The notes under the pieces: model-generated
Told to the model about the DNA's origin: nothing
Database searches by the model: none
The model's input: the letters and a program-made list of their open reading frames with translations, nothing else
Position numbers and translations under genes: made by a program
Shown: positions 1 through 13,924 of the stretch, one piece after another
Layout: the number at the start of each line of letters is the position of its first letter
Position numbering within the stretch: the stretch's first letter is position 1
Origin: Octopus bimaculoides
Lineage: Eukaryota
Length of the DNA stretch: 63,881 nucleotides
Assembly: GCF_001194135.2 (NCBI RefSeq)
Contig: NC_068989.1
Coordinates: 94,252,659-94,316,539 of the forward strand
Direction: 5' to 3'

Positions 1-265
1 ATATGCAAGACATGGATGCGGAGGTCTTCAAGACAAAACTTGACGCTTTCCTCTCCACGATACCAGACGAACCAATGGCTCGTAATGAGACGCAGTTTAG
101 GGCAGCTATGTCAAATTCGCTTATACACCAGATGTGCCATCAAAACTCTTGATTGAACCATGTCAGGTGGGGGAGAAGAGCCATGCAAGGAACGTGAAAA
201 TCACGGTGGTGCACCAGCATGACCGCAGCCACTTGGCTGAAACACAAATAAATAAATAAATAAAT
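1..265 (+). mobile_element. CR1-clade LINE 3' end (ORF2 C-terminus, 3' UTR, (AAAT)n tail)
   Basis: Bases 3-152 read MQDMDAEVFKTKLDAFLSTIPDEP...SNSLIHQ*, matching the FKxxLDxFLxxIPDxP...NSL C-terminal motif of invertebrate CR1-group ORF2. A 3' stem-loop (cagcc-actt-ggctg) and an AAAT tail follow. Confidence 0.75.
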
Positions 266-299
266 ATATATATATACATACATATATATATATATACAC

Positions 300-334
<35 letters not shown>

Positions 335-965
335 TACACATATATACGTGTGTGTGCATATGTGCGTATATGCATATACATCAACCGGTGTTTGCGTTGA
401 AGATGATAGAGTAATATAGAACAATATTTGCGATTATGTCGTTTATACTGGAATCCTGCTTCTTTTCAAGATCGTTTTGATTGGTGTCAAATTGAGATTT
501 GTTTATTCTGTTGTTATTAATGTTTAATTCACATAAATAAAGGCGTGTGACGTTCTAAAAACAACGAAAAAGGGCAACGAATACTTTTACTCTCATTTCT
601 TTGTCGTGTACGTGTTTTTTTTGTCTTGTTTTTATAACGGTGTGCCTTCCACTCTGAACGTTATTCCACAACAATCCTAATAGTTTTCTCCGTGTGTAAT
701 AATACAGTTATGAAACTTATAACATCGCCTTTAATATTTGTATAAATTTCGATCTAAATAAATGCCAAGCAACTATTTATGGATTTGCCTTTTAAGGCAT
801 AGTTTTACTGCGTAGGTAAAGGCAGGGAGCAGTCGGGGTATGTTAAATTCATTCATACAAGGAATAATTTTCAATGAAATCTTTTTGAATTAAATTATCT
901 GTATATTTCTGTATGATCTTGTAAGATATTTCAACTATGTATGTATGTATGTATGTATGTATGTA

Positions 966-1020
<55 letters not shown>

Positions 1021-1190
1021 NNNNNNNNNNNNNNNNNNNNNNNNNNNNNNNNNNNNNNNNNNNNNNNNNNNNNNNNNNNNNNNNNNNNNNNNNNNNNNNN
1101 NNNNNNNNNNNNNNNNNNNNNNNNNNNNNNNNNNNNNNNNNNNNNNNNNNNNNNNNNNNNNNNNNNNNNNNNNNNNNNNNNNNNNNNNNN

Positions 1191-1221
<31 letters not shown>

Positions 1222-2073
1222 TAATCCTTAGTTATATATGAAAGAATATGAAAAAGTGGAAACGAATCTAAAAGAGGAATATTTCCTATATCAGATTGAT
1301 ATACATTATGATATATAAGAAATGTTTTGAAATGGTTAAATGTACCGCTTGTTGGAAAGGCAAAGATTAAATCGTGCAAGCACTAATAGAGACATTTCTG
1401 CTTAGATTTATTCTGAAGTAGATTATTTTGAGCATTTCAGCCAATGTTATATACACAATATTTCAAACGTTTGATATTATATGTAAAGCAAATTTAAGTT
1501 TGAAAATAATAGCTCTATATTTCCGAAAAAAAACCCCCAAAAAATAAAAGATTGTTTTTCTTTTCATTCCCGAGAAACATAATGCACAATTACGTTTCAC
1601 AGCTACTAGACACCTTGGCGTCGTCAGAGACAATGAATTTAAAATAGCTTCCAAGGTGATGTCTAACATCTTTTCGAAGTTACTCAAAGAATTATAGTAA
1701 TTCGGTATAATTCAAAACAGCTACATATTGAGGTAATATATGTATAGCGCATGCAGAATGCTGTCGACTTAAAAAGGAAACCAAGAAATGTGATTCTATT
1801 ACAAATTGAACATGAATTTCCGTCTACCTCTCCATACTAATAAAAACATTTATTAGCATTTCATCTTTTATAAATAAATTTTCTGTAGAGAGAAGATGAG
1901 AAAATGTGAGTTTAAGGGTTTTAACAATTTCCAACAAAACGGATATAGCAGTAAGGAAAAGTGCATAATCAGTGATCAATTGAAACTAAAATTGATTCTA
2001 ATACTTGGAAACTCATGCAAAGTTTTCTCTTTAACTGGAGGTATATGTTAAATGCATGAAGCCTTTTTTTTCT

Positions 2074-2118
<45 letters not shown>

Positions 2119-2128
2119 NNNNNNNNNN

Positions 2129-2169
<41 letters not shown>

Positions 2170-3492
2170 ATGCTTGTATGAAAATATATATATATATACA
2201 CACACATTTGTTTGTGTATGTATGCATCTATGTATGTATATGCCGTTTTGAATCTCACTATTGTTCTACGATAATGCAGTTATGAATAAAAATGAGATAC
2301 AGATACTCTGGCATTATTTTGTTCTTCATATAAATAATAAACAAATACTGAATATATAGGATTGCATCGGAATATTTGACAATATGAGATCACTTCAAAT
2401 ATTCGTTCATCTGCGCATGACTTAATACCAGTTAACATTGATTTATTGAAATAATCTATTGCGCACGTGAATATATGAATAACAAATGTTATTCTATTAT
2501 AATTGAGGTATACATAGCTTCATGAGATTTGCTTAAAACAAATTTTATATCGGATTTTATTGAAAGAAATAAAGAGAAACACATTATAAAATATTATAAT
2601 TATTATTATTCATTATGAATAGTGGTTAGTCGATAGTTAGTAGAATCATATAAATTGTTTTGATTAATATTTTACTCGTGTACTGCTTTCATATACACTA
2701 TGTACCGTTAATGTTGTGAGTGATCCACGTGGAAATATAAAGAAGAACGTATCAATGTCATTTGTCTTCACTGTTGAAGTTCCTCTCTTTTAATCTAATT
2801 AATATTTTACATTTGATGTAAATATATATTCAAAGTAAAATGCATATAAACTATATAATTACGCATCAATTGTAGGAGTGCTTTCTATAATCAAAACAAA
2901 TATAGCGAAAACAAAATATCTACGTCAGAGACAAATCATTTCTAACCATGTCTTTAATTATGATATGTATTATACAAATATATTAGCAATACAGAACTCA
3001 GGGAATATTTCGTCCTTGAATAAGAGGAGCATGACATTAATTCAATTGATTCTTGAGATCTATTTCTTATTTATTATCATGAAACATTTCTTCATATATG
3101 GACACACGTGGTGAAATGTTGATTTTCGGGAACTATATAATTGATATGGTATTAAATACGAAAAGGTTTTATTGATATCAGAAAGTAGAGGGCGAAGTTT
3201 GAAACCAGGCGTAGTTAAAACGAGAACGAGGATTGTGTGAACAATCCATACATTTACCTTCTAATCAAATTTATGGTCGACTATTATGATCTAGAATCCA
3301 CAAGGTATAATGATGCTCTCTACGAAAGTCTTATTTTCTTGTTAGAATGACAAAGCATAACAATACTCAAAGGCAAATCCTGCACGTAACCATAGAGAGA
3401 AGCCTGCCATTAAGAAACACTAATAGTTGGTGTCCAATTAGACCTCGGATCAGATCGGAAGATATTCTCCAGATCAGTGTGTTTAAAACAAT

Positions 3493-3537
<45 letters not shown>

Positions 3538-5779
3538 CATACATATATACAAACAAACATATATACATATATACACACATATACAGATGTACATATACAT
3601 ACACACACACACACACACATGTACACACACACACACATATATATCTCGAACCGACGTAAAGAGTGTTAGATATTGGAATATACAAATAGTTTTAGAAGGT
3701 AGCGACATCTAGTACACTATTTCAGCAAAGGTTAACATTTAAAAGTTATATAGAAAATTGAATCCAAAACCAGCTTTTTTGTTAAATGCACCTCGTTGGG
3801 GCCCATTTTATTAGAAAATATAACTTGACATTTGCTTGCTGCAGAGTGTACGTACGTCTTTAGTAAATACACATGTATATTCTTCATTTACTGGGCATCA
3901 AACTTTCAAAGTTCGATATATGAGTTAGCGCAATATAAAACAGCAGCATCAACCTTATGAATGGATCAGGTATAAACCTTACATGGTCTACAGAGTTTCT
4001 CTGTTAAGGGTTATTAACTTCTGTTTCTATATAAATACATACTTGTACATGCAGTTCAGGCCGTTTGCCATTATATCAGCAGTCTGTAGAACCTTCCCTC
4101 ATGCAAGATCCTTGGGTTCCCACTTTGTTTTTGTTTGTTTTTTTTATAACACAGATTATGGGGATCACAACTATCGGAGAGTCGCTTCCGACTCCTTAAA
4201 GTCGATATTGTTAAACTAAATTATATTCACGCTGACGCAGTTCTTATACATTACTTTTGCATTATTTATGCTTTCCCCGTGCGTGCCTTTTGTTATCCAA
4301 TGATAACATATACTTTTTTCATTTTAATCTGGGCAAAAAGTGTTTTAAGGAATTAGAATTTCGAATCTGATGTTGCCATATGAGTTGGTTTTAAGTCATC
4401 CATTCAGCCAATTTATATTTAGAAATCTAATACGCCCCACTTTTTTATTTATTTCACAGCTTGAAGGCAACAAATCTTTGAATAGAGTAGTGATCGAAAT
4501 GCTTTTTTCCCCCCATTTTGTGAATAAGTTTTCAATCATATTTAGCTGACAATGGCTGCTCCGACAATTAAGCATTTTTCTACTTTATCTCATTGTTTCT
4601 TACACTTTCTTTATTTATTTTCAGGAATCATAAGTTTCGCAAAAGAAACGATATTTACGCTTAATTCTAGGTGTAATTCCATGTGTGTACGCTGTGAATC
4701 AGGTATTAAATGTATTGAAGGACAATCATTACCGCTTTTTGATATATTTGTCATCAATATCAAAATCTTCATAAGCAAACCAAACATAAATTAAAGAAAG
4801 GCAGTAAACATATTTCAGAAACTGTAAGTAAACAAAAAAGCAAAGTACACAACGAAAATAATATAAAAGAAGTGCGTCAGCATGAATATTAATTAGTTTA
4901 ACAATATCGAAGACAATTATAAAAGATGAACCCAGTTTCATATTTTAGAATTTAGCCAACCACTTCGAAACAAATGTTCTCTTGAAATCTGTAACATTTG
5001 TTAAAACTTATATAGCATAACCAAAACAAGCATGAATATTTTAATCAATTCAAGAAATTATCATTTTCGAACGCATTCTTGTTTAATATACAGGGTAATG
5101 AGGCTGTTGTTGTATACAAATCCGCACAAATAAATGATTATTTTCGTACCACTCTAACACTCAAGTACATCATGGAACAAACTCTAAACAAATGACTACA
5201 AATCTATTATATAAATCTATTTATAGAGAGAATATTTCAAAGCATATATTGACATGCTTTGCCTTTAAGTTTAACATATCAATTTGCTTCACTTCGTTTA
5301 CAAATCTGTACAATTATTTTTATTTGCGCACATACAAGTAAACGTTTTATCATGTTCGAAAGGTTTGTGAGACTAGAAGATTTTCTCAAAACTTGAAGTA
5401 TCATCTACACTGAATAAATTTAGTGGTTCATGTTTTCAATGGTATGGCTGTTATTGCTTGTATGCATATTGTTGTACGCTGTTGATGACTTGATCATATA
5501 ACTTAGTTTAAAAAAATGTAAATTGTAGAATTTCGGGAAAGGCAATGAAGTTGTTTACGCAAATTATATTCATCTCCTAAGGTAGATTTTAAAGATAGAG
5601 CTATTAATTCTAAAGACCTGGTGTTTTCTGATAGAGTATTATAGATGACCTATGTATGCATGTACTCTTAGGTATTGCAAATGTTGTTGTTGCTTAATCA
5701 CATTCAGTGTTTGATCGTGTAAACCTATAATGAAAATATTTCCAACTTTAGCCATCTCCACACTTTGTTTAACATAATT

Positions 5780-5940
5780 ATATCGTCCAGCATTTCCTCA
5801 TTTCGTTGCTATTTCTGACAACTTGATTCAATGGAGGCTGCCATTATCTTGTGCACCATGGATGTTATATCGGACATTATGGACAACGGTGATAGTTGGT
5901 GTCACATCTCCATAGTAGAAATCAAATTGCTTCAAGTTCC
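5780..5940 (-). mobile_element. Highly decayed non-LTR reverse transcriptase fragment
   Basis: With one frameshift the minus strand reads GDVT..NY(H/R)PLSIMSDITSMVHKIMAA, resembling the NYRPIS..HKILA RT motif. Confidence 0.3.
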
Positions 5941-6838
5941 CTTGATACGAAAACTATAGGATGTAATATTTTTAACGATTTGGTTGATATATCTTACACA
6001 TAAATCATCTAGGTAGAGGCTTTTTCATTTTCTCCAAGATTTTAGTTGTAGAAATTTATGTAATAACATACGAGCTAAAACATTTATCGATTTATTGATA
6101 TTAAACTGTGATGCAAAATCATAATTTTTTCAATCCAAACTTCACATTCTATACCAAAATAATTTCCCGAGAAATCAATTTAATAGCATCTGTTTGTATT
6201 ATAAAATTTTCCACAAACAATTTTTTATATGTTTGCCTCCATAGACATGCAACTAATTGGGATTCATATTTAAACAGTAATGTCTCAAATCGATTACTGC
6301 TTACATTAATATTATTAGGCGAATGCTATTATTAGGATAATGTTGTTACACATAAACGCTCTTATCTTTTCGCATATAGGGATTTTCCCTTGTAGCCTTT
6401 TGCGGTCAGATTTTAATGGCGTTTGTGAACTTTATCATTGATGGGAGATGAACCCTGTTTAAGATCTATGATAACTTTACATCGAACTGTCTTAATCTCG
6501 TCTTTTCAGTCGTACATATTTGATTGGGACCTTGTTTGATTTTTTTTTAAAGGGAAGTTTGGATTTCAGAGAAGCTGGCTCTAAATTCTTGCAGCTCAAG
6601 TGACCAAATGACATACACTTTCGACCCTGTGCTACGTTTGTAGATTAGCGAAGTCCCTCCAATGACGGTTAATTTATAATGATAGCGTGTTTTATATCGC
6701 ATACGTTCAACAATGGTGTCGTTTCTTAAACGTTTCCAAAAATCCTAGCATTACATCACGCTTTTTCGCATGACTAAGGTGAAAACGAAGTGTGTGATAA
6801 ATTGATCCAAGGAAAATATATATGATTCGTTCGAAAAG

Positions 6839-6875
<37 letters not shown>

Positions 6876-8018
6876 ATGTATTATGTATGTATTAGAAGCA
6901 TTGGTTATAGAACAAGCATTAAATTTGGGTCAACTACTTTACATACAACACCACCCCTCAAATATTCAAGAGTAAATAAAAATCATGAAGTTTCACAAAC
7001 ACATAAAAATAATACATATACATGAAATCACAAAAGGTAAAAGTATATGATAGAATAAAATAGAACGGCCTAACAAAAATGTTAAATATTAACAGCTAAA
7101 AATTCAAATCTACCAAAAAAATTAATAGACAAATAAGAAATAAAGGTGAAAATAAAAATAAAATAAATATCCTGCGACTAAAAGAGTTTTATCAAACGAT
7201 TAAAATATTTTTTTTAAATTAAAATTTCTTATTCTTTTAATATTTGAAAAAAGTCTTTTACTTACCTCAAACAAGTACGTCCAAAGTTTATAAGTAAACT
7301 GACTTCCACAGGTAAAATTCACAGACATCTTGAAAAAAAATCTTTTACTCCCTCCACACAAGTACCTCCAAAAGTTTATAATGAGCAGACTTCACAGGTC
7401 AAATTCAACATTCACATATATCTATGGCCATTTCGGGAGCTCACCACCGCAGTTTATTTGCACTAAAGTGCAACATGGCGATGATCCCCTCATTAGGATG
7501 AACAGGAAAAGGAGACACCAACAGAACAATTTTTTTAAAGAAAAGCTTAATACATTTATGAAAAGCTTATATAATTTAAGAGAAAAAACCCATCAACGGA
7601 CCAGTCCAAATTTTCTAATAAAAAAAATCTATTGCTAAACACTTAGGTTGTTGTATTTAACCGAAATTCAACCTCGCCGGTTTCAAATCCCCGTAACGCT
7701 AAACAATTGTATTACATCTGCTTTTATTTCTATACACTTTCAAAATAGTGGACGAAAATCTATGGTTGCAAAAAGGGATCACCTCAGTAGATCTGTTCAA
7801 AGTGGTTGGCCCAAAAGACTTAAGGATGTTTGAAGGGTGGTGTTTTATGTAAAGTGGTTGAACCAAATTTAATGTTTGTTCTATAACCGATGCTTTTTTT
7901 ATCTTCGTCTCATTTATATTTGAGCACTTCTTTTGAAGTCCTATAAACTCTTTTGTTTCTATTAGAAGAGACAAATATTATTTCTTGTTGTATATACATA
8001 TATATATATATATATATA

Positions 8019-8410
8019 GTGGAGGCGCAATGGCCTAGTGGTTTGGGTAGCGGACTCGCCGACATAGGATCGCCGTTTCGATTACCAGACGAGGTTGTGT
8101 GAGTGTTTATTGAGCGAAAACACCTAAAGCTCCACGAGGCTCCGACAGGGGATGATGGTGAACCCTGCTGTACTCTTTCACCACAACTTTCTCTCACGCT
8201 TACTTCCTGTTTCTGTTGTGCCTGTATTTCAAAGGGCCAGCCTTGTCACACTGTGTCACGCTGAATATCCCCGAGAACTACGTTAAGGGTACACGTGTCT
8301 GTGGAGTGCTCAGCCACTTGCACGTTAATTTCACGAGCAGGCTGTTCCGTTGATCGGATCAACTGGAACCCTCGACGTCGTAAGCGATGTAGTGCCAACT
8401 AACTAACTAA
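8019..8410 (+). mobile_element. tRNA-derived SINE, family 1 (full length)
   Basis: tRNA-like head with A box (tggcctagtgg) and B box (gtttcgatt). Closely similar end to end to 49872-50258. 3' hairpin gttgatc-g-gatcaac and short tandem tail. Confidence 0.85.
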
Positions 8411-9559
8411 TACATATATATAAATGCTAGACTGTGAGCATCCGCGTATATGCATCTGTCTCACTATACATATAGACAGATATATGTGTTCATGAATTGT
8501 ACTTTTTATTCTGAAGCAACTTTTGAGATATAAGAAAAATATTTAATGTGTGTTTCATGTATCAGTATTCTTCACAACATTACTTGCGGCTGACAGCTTT
8601 CGAAAATTACGGAATATTTATATTCTAAACGCATTCTTTCATTTTTTATATGCTGAAGCCTAAAGGCTGCAGCTATGCTAGAAAACTCTAAATATGTTGA
8701 CTATATATTTTAATATAGAACAATGTAATTCAATCGTACTTATGACTCATAATTATCAAGTAAACATGAAGCTACAGGGATTTCACAATATATATGCGCG
8801 TCAATCATAAAATATACGTTCGCCCACACATCAAGTTTACGATTGAAATATATTTTATACATACAGAAATTGAGATAGACAGATGAACATATATACATTC
8901 GCACACACATTCACACACACACCCTCACACACACACTACTCAAAGTAAAATTTTGAAATGCACATTTTGAAATTTTGTTTGTAAACTATTTGTAATTATA
9001 TCAAGCTGTTCTCTTTATACACAAAAGTAATCAGTTTCTCTTCATGTGTTTAACAGTTTTTTAACCGCTCCTCAGAGTATAAAATCCCTGTGATGCCACT
9101 GACGTCGAAGATCACATATAGTAAGTTGCTATTTAATGGATACGATTATTAGAACATAGCTGTAATGGCTAAACGAATATGTATATTGCATGCTTGTCGG
9201 CATCGTGACTACACCATAACTATTTATATCCGCTGCAGGGTACGCTGGAGAATATAACATAAATTTCAAATTACCGTATATGATAATTAGGGATGTTTAG
9301 CCAACATGTTATTCAGCGACGTAAGTGATCCTCATGTCTACAGTTTTTTTTTACGGACAGTAAAAGAAGATGCTGTTATACATACATGTATGTATGTGTG
9401 AGTGTGCGTGTGTGCGTGTGTGTGCCGCATGTTTCAACTCATTTTCGTCAGATGTGCGCCTTAGCTATATATGATGGCAACGCTAATACACCGACTGCGT
9501 GGAAAAATTGACCTGGATGGACTAATTTGCATACGTGCCATTTTCTTCATATATATATT

Positions 9560-10296
9560 GACTGAATCTTTACGTCAGTCATATACACTTTTGGCTATGG
9601 ATTTAATATGAGTCCTATAGTATGCTGTAGCGTGAAAGGAAACACTGTTTTATACCGAGTAAGGTAAAACTTGAATAAGCCGCCGGACTTGGTGACGAGT
9701 TGTTTTCTATATATGTGTTTTGCCTCCCACCTCTGCTCTCTGTGTCTCTTTCTGCCTTCTACTAGTTTTCTCCCCGCTACTACCGACACCTCACCGTCTT
9801 CTGTCTTTCTTTTTCCCGCTGACCACCGAAGCGTCTGCTAGTATTTTCTCTCGTCTCCTATTCTCATCACGATTCGCAGCCCTTCTGTTAATCCTTTAGG
9901 ATATTTTACCAGGCGTTACCCATATTTTTCTCTCCCGTCTAAGGCCGTATTCTGTTTATTCATTTCACTTTGTTCGTACGTTCACAGTTTTCGCCCTGTT
10001 TGTTTTCGTCTTTGTTACTCGTCTGTACACTAAATGTATTGGCTTCAATTACATTTATCTCATATTTCTATGTTCACTTTCTGTATTGCATAGTTGTTTA
10101 TTTTTTGTTTGCTTGTTCATTCACTGTCATGTTTGGTTCCTTGTTCGTTGGGTTGCCATTTCGCAGCGGCTTCTTAACTCCGGCGCCATCAGAGGGAACA
10201 GCAATGAAATTGCGTTTGACCATCTGGCCGATAACTGATGAAGATTTGGTGACCTGCGTCTGTTACCCATTTGACTGTGCATCTACTTTTTTACTC
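9560..10296. mobile_element. Unclassified repeat-like element (solo-LTR or Penelope pLTR-like)
   Basis: Relatively CpG-rich, strongly pyrimidine-skewed block bounded by TA runs, with no credible ORF. Contains a decayed CTGATGA..GCGTC motif at 10235-10267. Confidence 0.3.
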
Positions 10297-10615
10297 ATAT
10301 ATATATATATANNNNNNNNNNNNNNNNNNNNNNNNNNNNNNNNNNNNNNNNNNNNNNNNNNNNNNNNNNNNNNNNNNNNNNNNNNNNNNNNNNNNNNNNN
10401 NNNNNNNNNNNNNNNNNNNNNNNNNNNNNNNNNNNNNNNNNNNNNNNNNNNNNNNNNNNNNNNNNNNNNNNNNNNNNNNNNNNNNNNNNNNNNNNNNNNN
10501 NNNNNNNNNNNNNNNNNNNNNNNNNNNNNNNNNNNNNNNNNNNNNNNNNNNNNNNNNNNNNNNNNNNNNNNNNNNNNNNNNNNNNNNNNNNNNNNNNNNN
10601 NNNNNNNNNNNNNNN

Positions 10616-10661
<46 letters not shown>

Positions 10662-10699
10662 TTGTGTGTCTGTGTTTGTCCCGTCCCCACTATCGCTTG

Positions 10700-10882
10700 A
10701 CATCCGACGGTGGTGTGTTTACGTCCCCGTAACTTAGCGGTTCGGCAAAAGGGACCGATAGAATAAGTACTAGGCTTACAAAGAATAAGTCCTGGGGTCG
10801 ATTTGCTCGACTAAAGGCGGTGCTCCAGCATGGCCGCAGTCAAATGACTGAAACAAGTAAAAGGGTAAAAGAGTAAAAGAAT
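10700..10882 (+). mobile_element. SINE family 2, 3' half (after internal TA/TG microsatellite)
   Basis: gtgtttacgtccccgtaacttagcggttcggc...ggcggtgctccagcatggccgcagtcaaatgactgaaacaagtaaaag aligns with the 3' half of 19601-20050. The tail matches the LINE tail at 202-265. Confidence 0.75.
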
Positions 10883-11587
10883 CTTTACAATCATGGAGCC
10901 ATAAAAAGTCACCACACATTAAAAATGGTTTTTATACAAAATATTTCCTAAACAAATTCACCACCACCGCCGTCACATATATTTTCATTTTTTCTAGTCA
11001 GACATTCTTTAAAAGCGATATGCCATTATTTACAATCAACACCCCATAACCCACGCATTATATTTTTCTCCCATAATCACTGATCAATACCTAAGTTGAC
11101 AGACAACATCAACTGACCACCAACTCACCGTTGCATACACATATTATTTTGAAGATATGTCAAATACTAATGAAATACAAATTCACACACGGACGCACAT
11201 ACACACATACGCACACAGGTATTTGTTCAAGCAAGTCAATAAAATATATGTCCTCATAACACTCCCCTCACTCAAAATTCAGTCATGCAAAGCCCTATTT
11301 ATTAGAAGTACAGTTAAATAGATTTTACATTTAATAGCTTTTGAAATAAACTTTTTCCAAACATTTTCATTCAAAACATTGAATTAATAATCCTTACAAA
11401 TACTCACCCATACACACAAGTGAAATATAAATGATTTAAATAAAAATTATAAACAAAAATTCATAAACAAGCAAATAAATAAACCGAAATGCCACACCAA
11501 CTCACCAACACATTATAAACAAATTATTAACACGACAACACGGATAAAATACATACAATCAAGGAAACAACTAACGAACATATAAAA

Positions 11588-11660
<73 letters not shown>

Positions 11661-13169
11661 CATTTCTTTTATTAGCCACACAGGGCGCAACAAAGATAGG
11701 ACAAATACAATGTAGAGCTTTTCTTTTTTGGGAGGGGGAAGGGAAAAAAGGGAAGTAGGGTGTGTCGATCAAAAGGGATCGAGAAAAAAAAATAGCGATC
11801 AATAGGGATCGTGTATCACAGTAACGTTCTCGTGTAAAAAGGGGAGGACAGTTTAGGTTTAGCCGTGGAAAGAAAAGCCTACAGAAAAGACCACGGTAAC
11901 CTTGGTCAATATTGTCATTGTTATTGAAGATACTATAACAGTAAGTGACTCTCTTTTGCCTTTTTGTTTCTTTTCTGGATTTTTTTTCACTCCTTTATAG
12001 TGTTATGCTCAAGGTGGCTCCGTCATTCACACGAGCCATCCTTGCTACATTCACCCATCTTTTTTTGAAGCATTCAGTAGACAAGACTTCCCTTTCTACT
12101 CTCACTTTCCTCTTCAGGTGATACTTGAAGAAGTTGATGAGAGATGGCCCAGAGAGGAAAGTCTTTGTCTNNNNNNNNNNNNNNNNNNNNNNNNNNNNNN
12201 NNNNNNNNNNNNNNNNNNNNNNNNNNNNNNNNNNNNNNNNNNNNNNNNNNNNNNNNNNNNNNNNNNNNNNNNNNNNNNNNNNNNNNNNNNNNNNNNNNNN
12301 NNNNNNNNNNNNNNNNNNNNNNNNNNNNNNNNNNNNNNNNNNNNNNNNNNNNNNNNNNNNNNNNNNNNNNNNNNNNNNNNNNNNNNNNNNNNNNNNNNNN
12401 NNNNNNNNNNNNNNNNNNNNNNNNNNNNNNNNNNNNNNNNNNNNNNNNNNNNNNNNNNNNNNNNNNNNNNNNNNNNNNNNNNNNNNNNNNNNNNNNNNNN
12501 NNNNNNNNNNNNNNNNNNNNNNNNNNNNNNNNNNNNNNNNNNNNNNNNNNNNNNNNNNNNNNNNNNNNNNNNNNNNNNNNNNNNNNNNNNNNNNNNNNNN
12601 NNNNNNNNNNNNNNNNNNNNNNNNNNNNNNNNNNNNNNNNNNNNNNNNNNNNNNNNNNNNNNNNNNNNNNNNNNNNNNNNNNNNNNNNNNNNNNNNNNNN
12701 NNNNNNNNNNNNNNNNNNNNNNNNNNNNNNNNNNNNNNNNNTGTCGCAGTCTCAGCGCGTGCCTGCGCATCATCAACCACGGCATGCCCAGTCCTCCTTT
12801 TAACGAGTGTTGGCAGCAAACAGATCGCCTAACCAACGGAACGCTTCCTTTCCACAAGAAGCGGAAGAGGATATGCTCCAGCTTGATGATGGTAGGGTCG
12901 GGACAAGGAACGACGGTCAGGCGGTAGTAGATGACGGATGCGATGTACGTGTTCGCAACCTCCACCTGACCTTTTAGGGAAAGCTTCCTCTCGGCTCATT
13001 GCCGGGCTAGAGTGGCCACCCTTCTGGTCCCAGTTCTCCTCCGTTTGGAGGTCTGGACCAAACCAGACCTCGAGCAACTCAACCGGACCGTCAGTCCAAC
13101 GTCCCACGACAGAGGCGCTGCTTGACGACATGGGCTTGCTTTTCCAGGTGCCGAGCCGCAAGCACACTG

Positions 13170-13170
<1 letters not shown>
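11661..13170 (-). mobile_element. Tx1/L1-clade LINE, 5'-truncated, embedded in a (GATA)n tract, with an internal N-gap
   Basis: Minus-strand peptides LRLGTWKSKP..WTDGPVELLEVWFG and YRLTVVPCP..FRFLWKG..KGGLGMP are typical of the Tx1 RT thumb region. Stop codon at 11995, AATAAA near the 3' end, and (GATA)n on both flanks. Confidence 0.85.
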
Positions 13171-13232
<62 letters not shown>

Positions 13233-13924
13233 CATGGAGCATCAAACATAGACAGGGACCTCAGAGGAATCTTTTCTCTCTGACAGCAGCTATGGAAATA
13301 TTAAAGTTTGAAAATCTTCAAATTTGTTGTATTGATATAATTTTCCACGCTGAATCTCAGTAAAAATTTCAGTTTTCCAGAATTTTTTTTTAAGTTACCA
13401 TTTGATCATTTTTACCCAATCAGAAAACAGGAGTTACAAACTGTCACTTCGTGCGTGACAACACATGTCAACTGTAAATAAATGAAACGTTTGCAAAATT
13501 CTGCTTTACGCATGCCACATAAAGCCTCGTAACTTTATAAATTTTTTTGAATTTTCAGAAAAATTTGTGCAAATTTGTATTCTACACACGGGAATACGTA
13601 GAATTCTGAAAAGGAAAGTTTTGTGCGTAATTTAAGGTCTATTTAGCTGTTATTTTTATCACATCTCATACCGCATGTGTTTTAAGCGACAAATAGAACA
13701 TGCGTAAAAACGCTTGGCAGGTACCTATATATCTGTGGCGGCTTTGGATTGGTTAAAATTAACCCAAATTTATAAAATTTAAAACCTATTAATTCTTTAT
13801 TGATTTATAGGGAAAATGAATTTTATGACAATGATTACTTTGCAAAACTACACCGATATGCCAAATATGGAACGAATTGGAACAAAAATTGAAAATTTTG
13901 AAAACTGGCAGCCAAATAGGAATG

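Noticed and set aside
1585-1635. Minus-strand CTGACGA...GAAACGTA hammerhead-like spacing
   Set aside because: Stem I does not pair and stem II is at most 2 bp. At best an unrecognisable relic.
8019-8095. tRNA-like sequences here and at 43485-43563, 49872-49945 and 60955-61034 as tRNA genes
   Set aside because: They lack a complete cloverleaf and run directly into SINE bodies.
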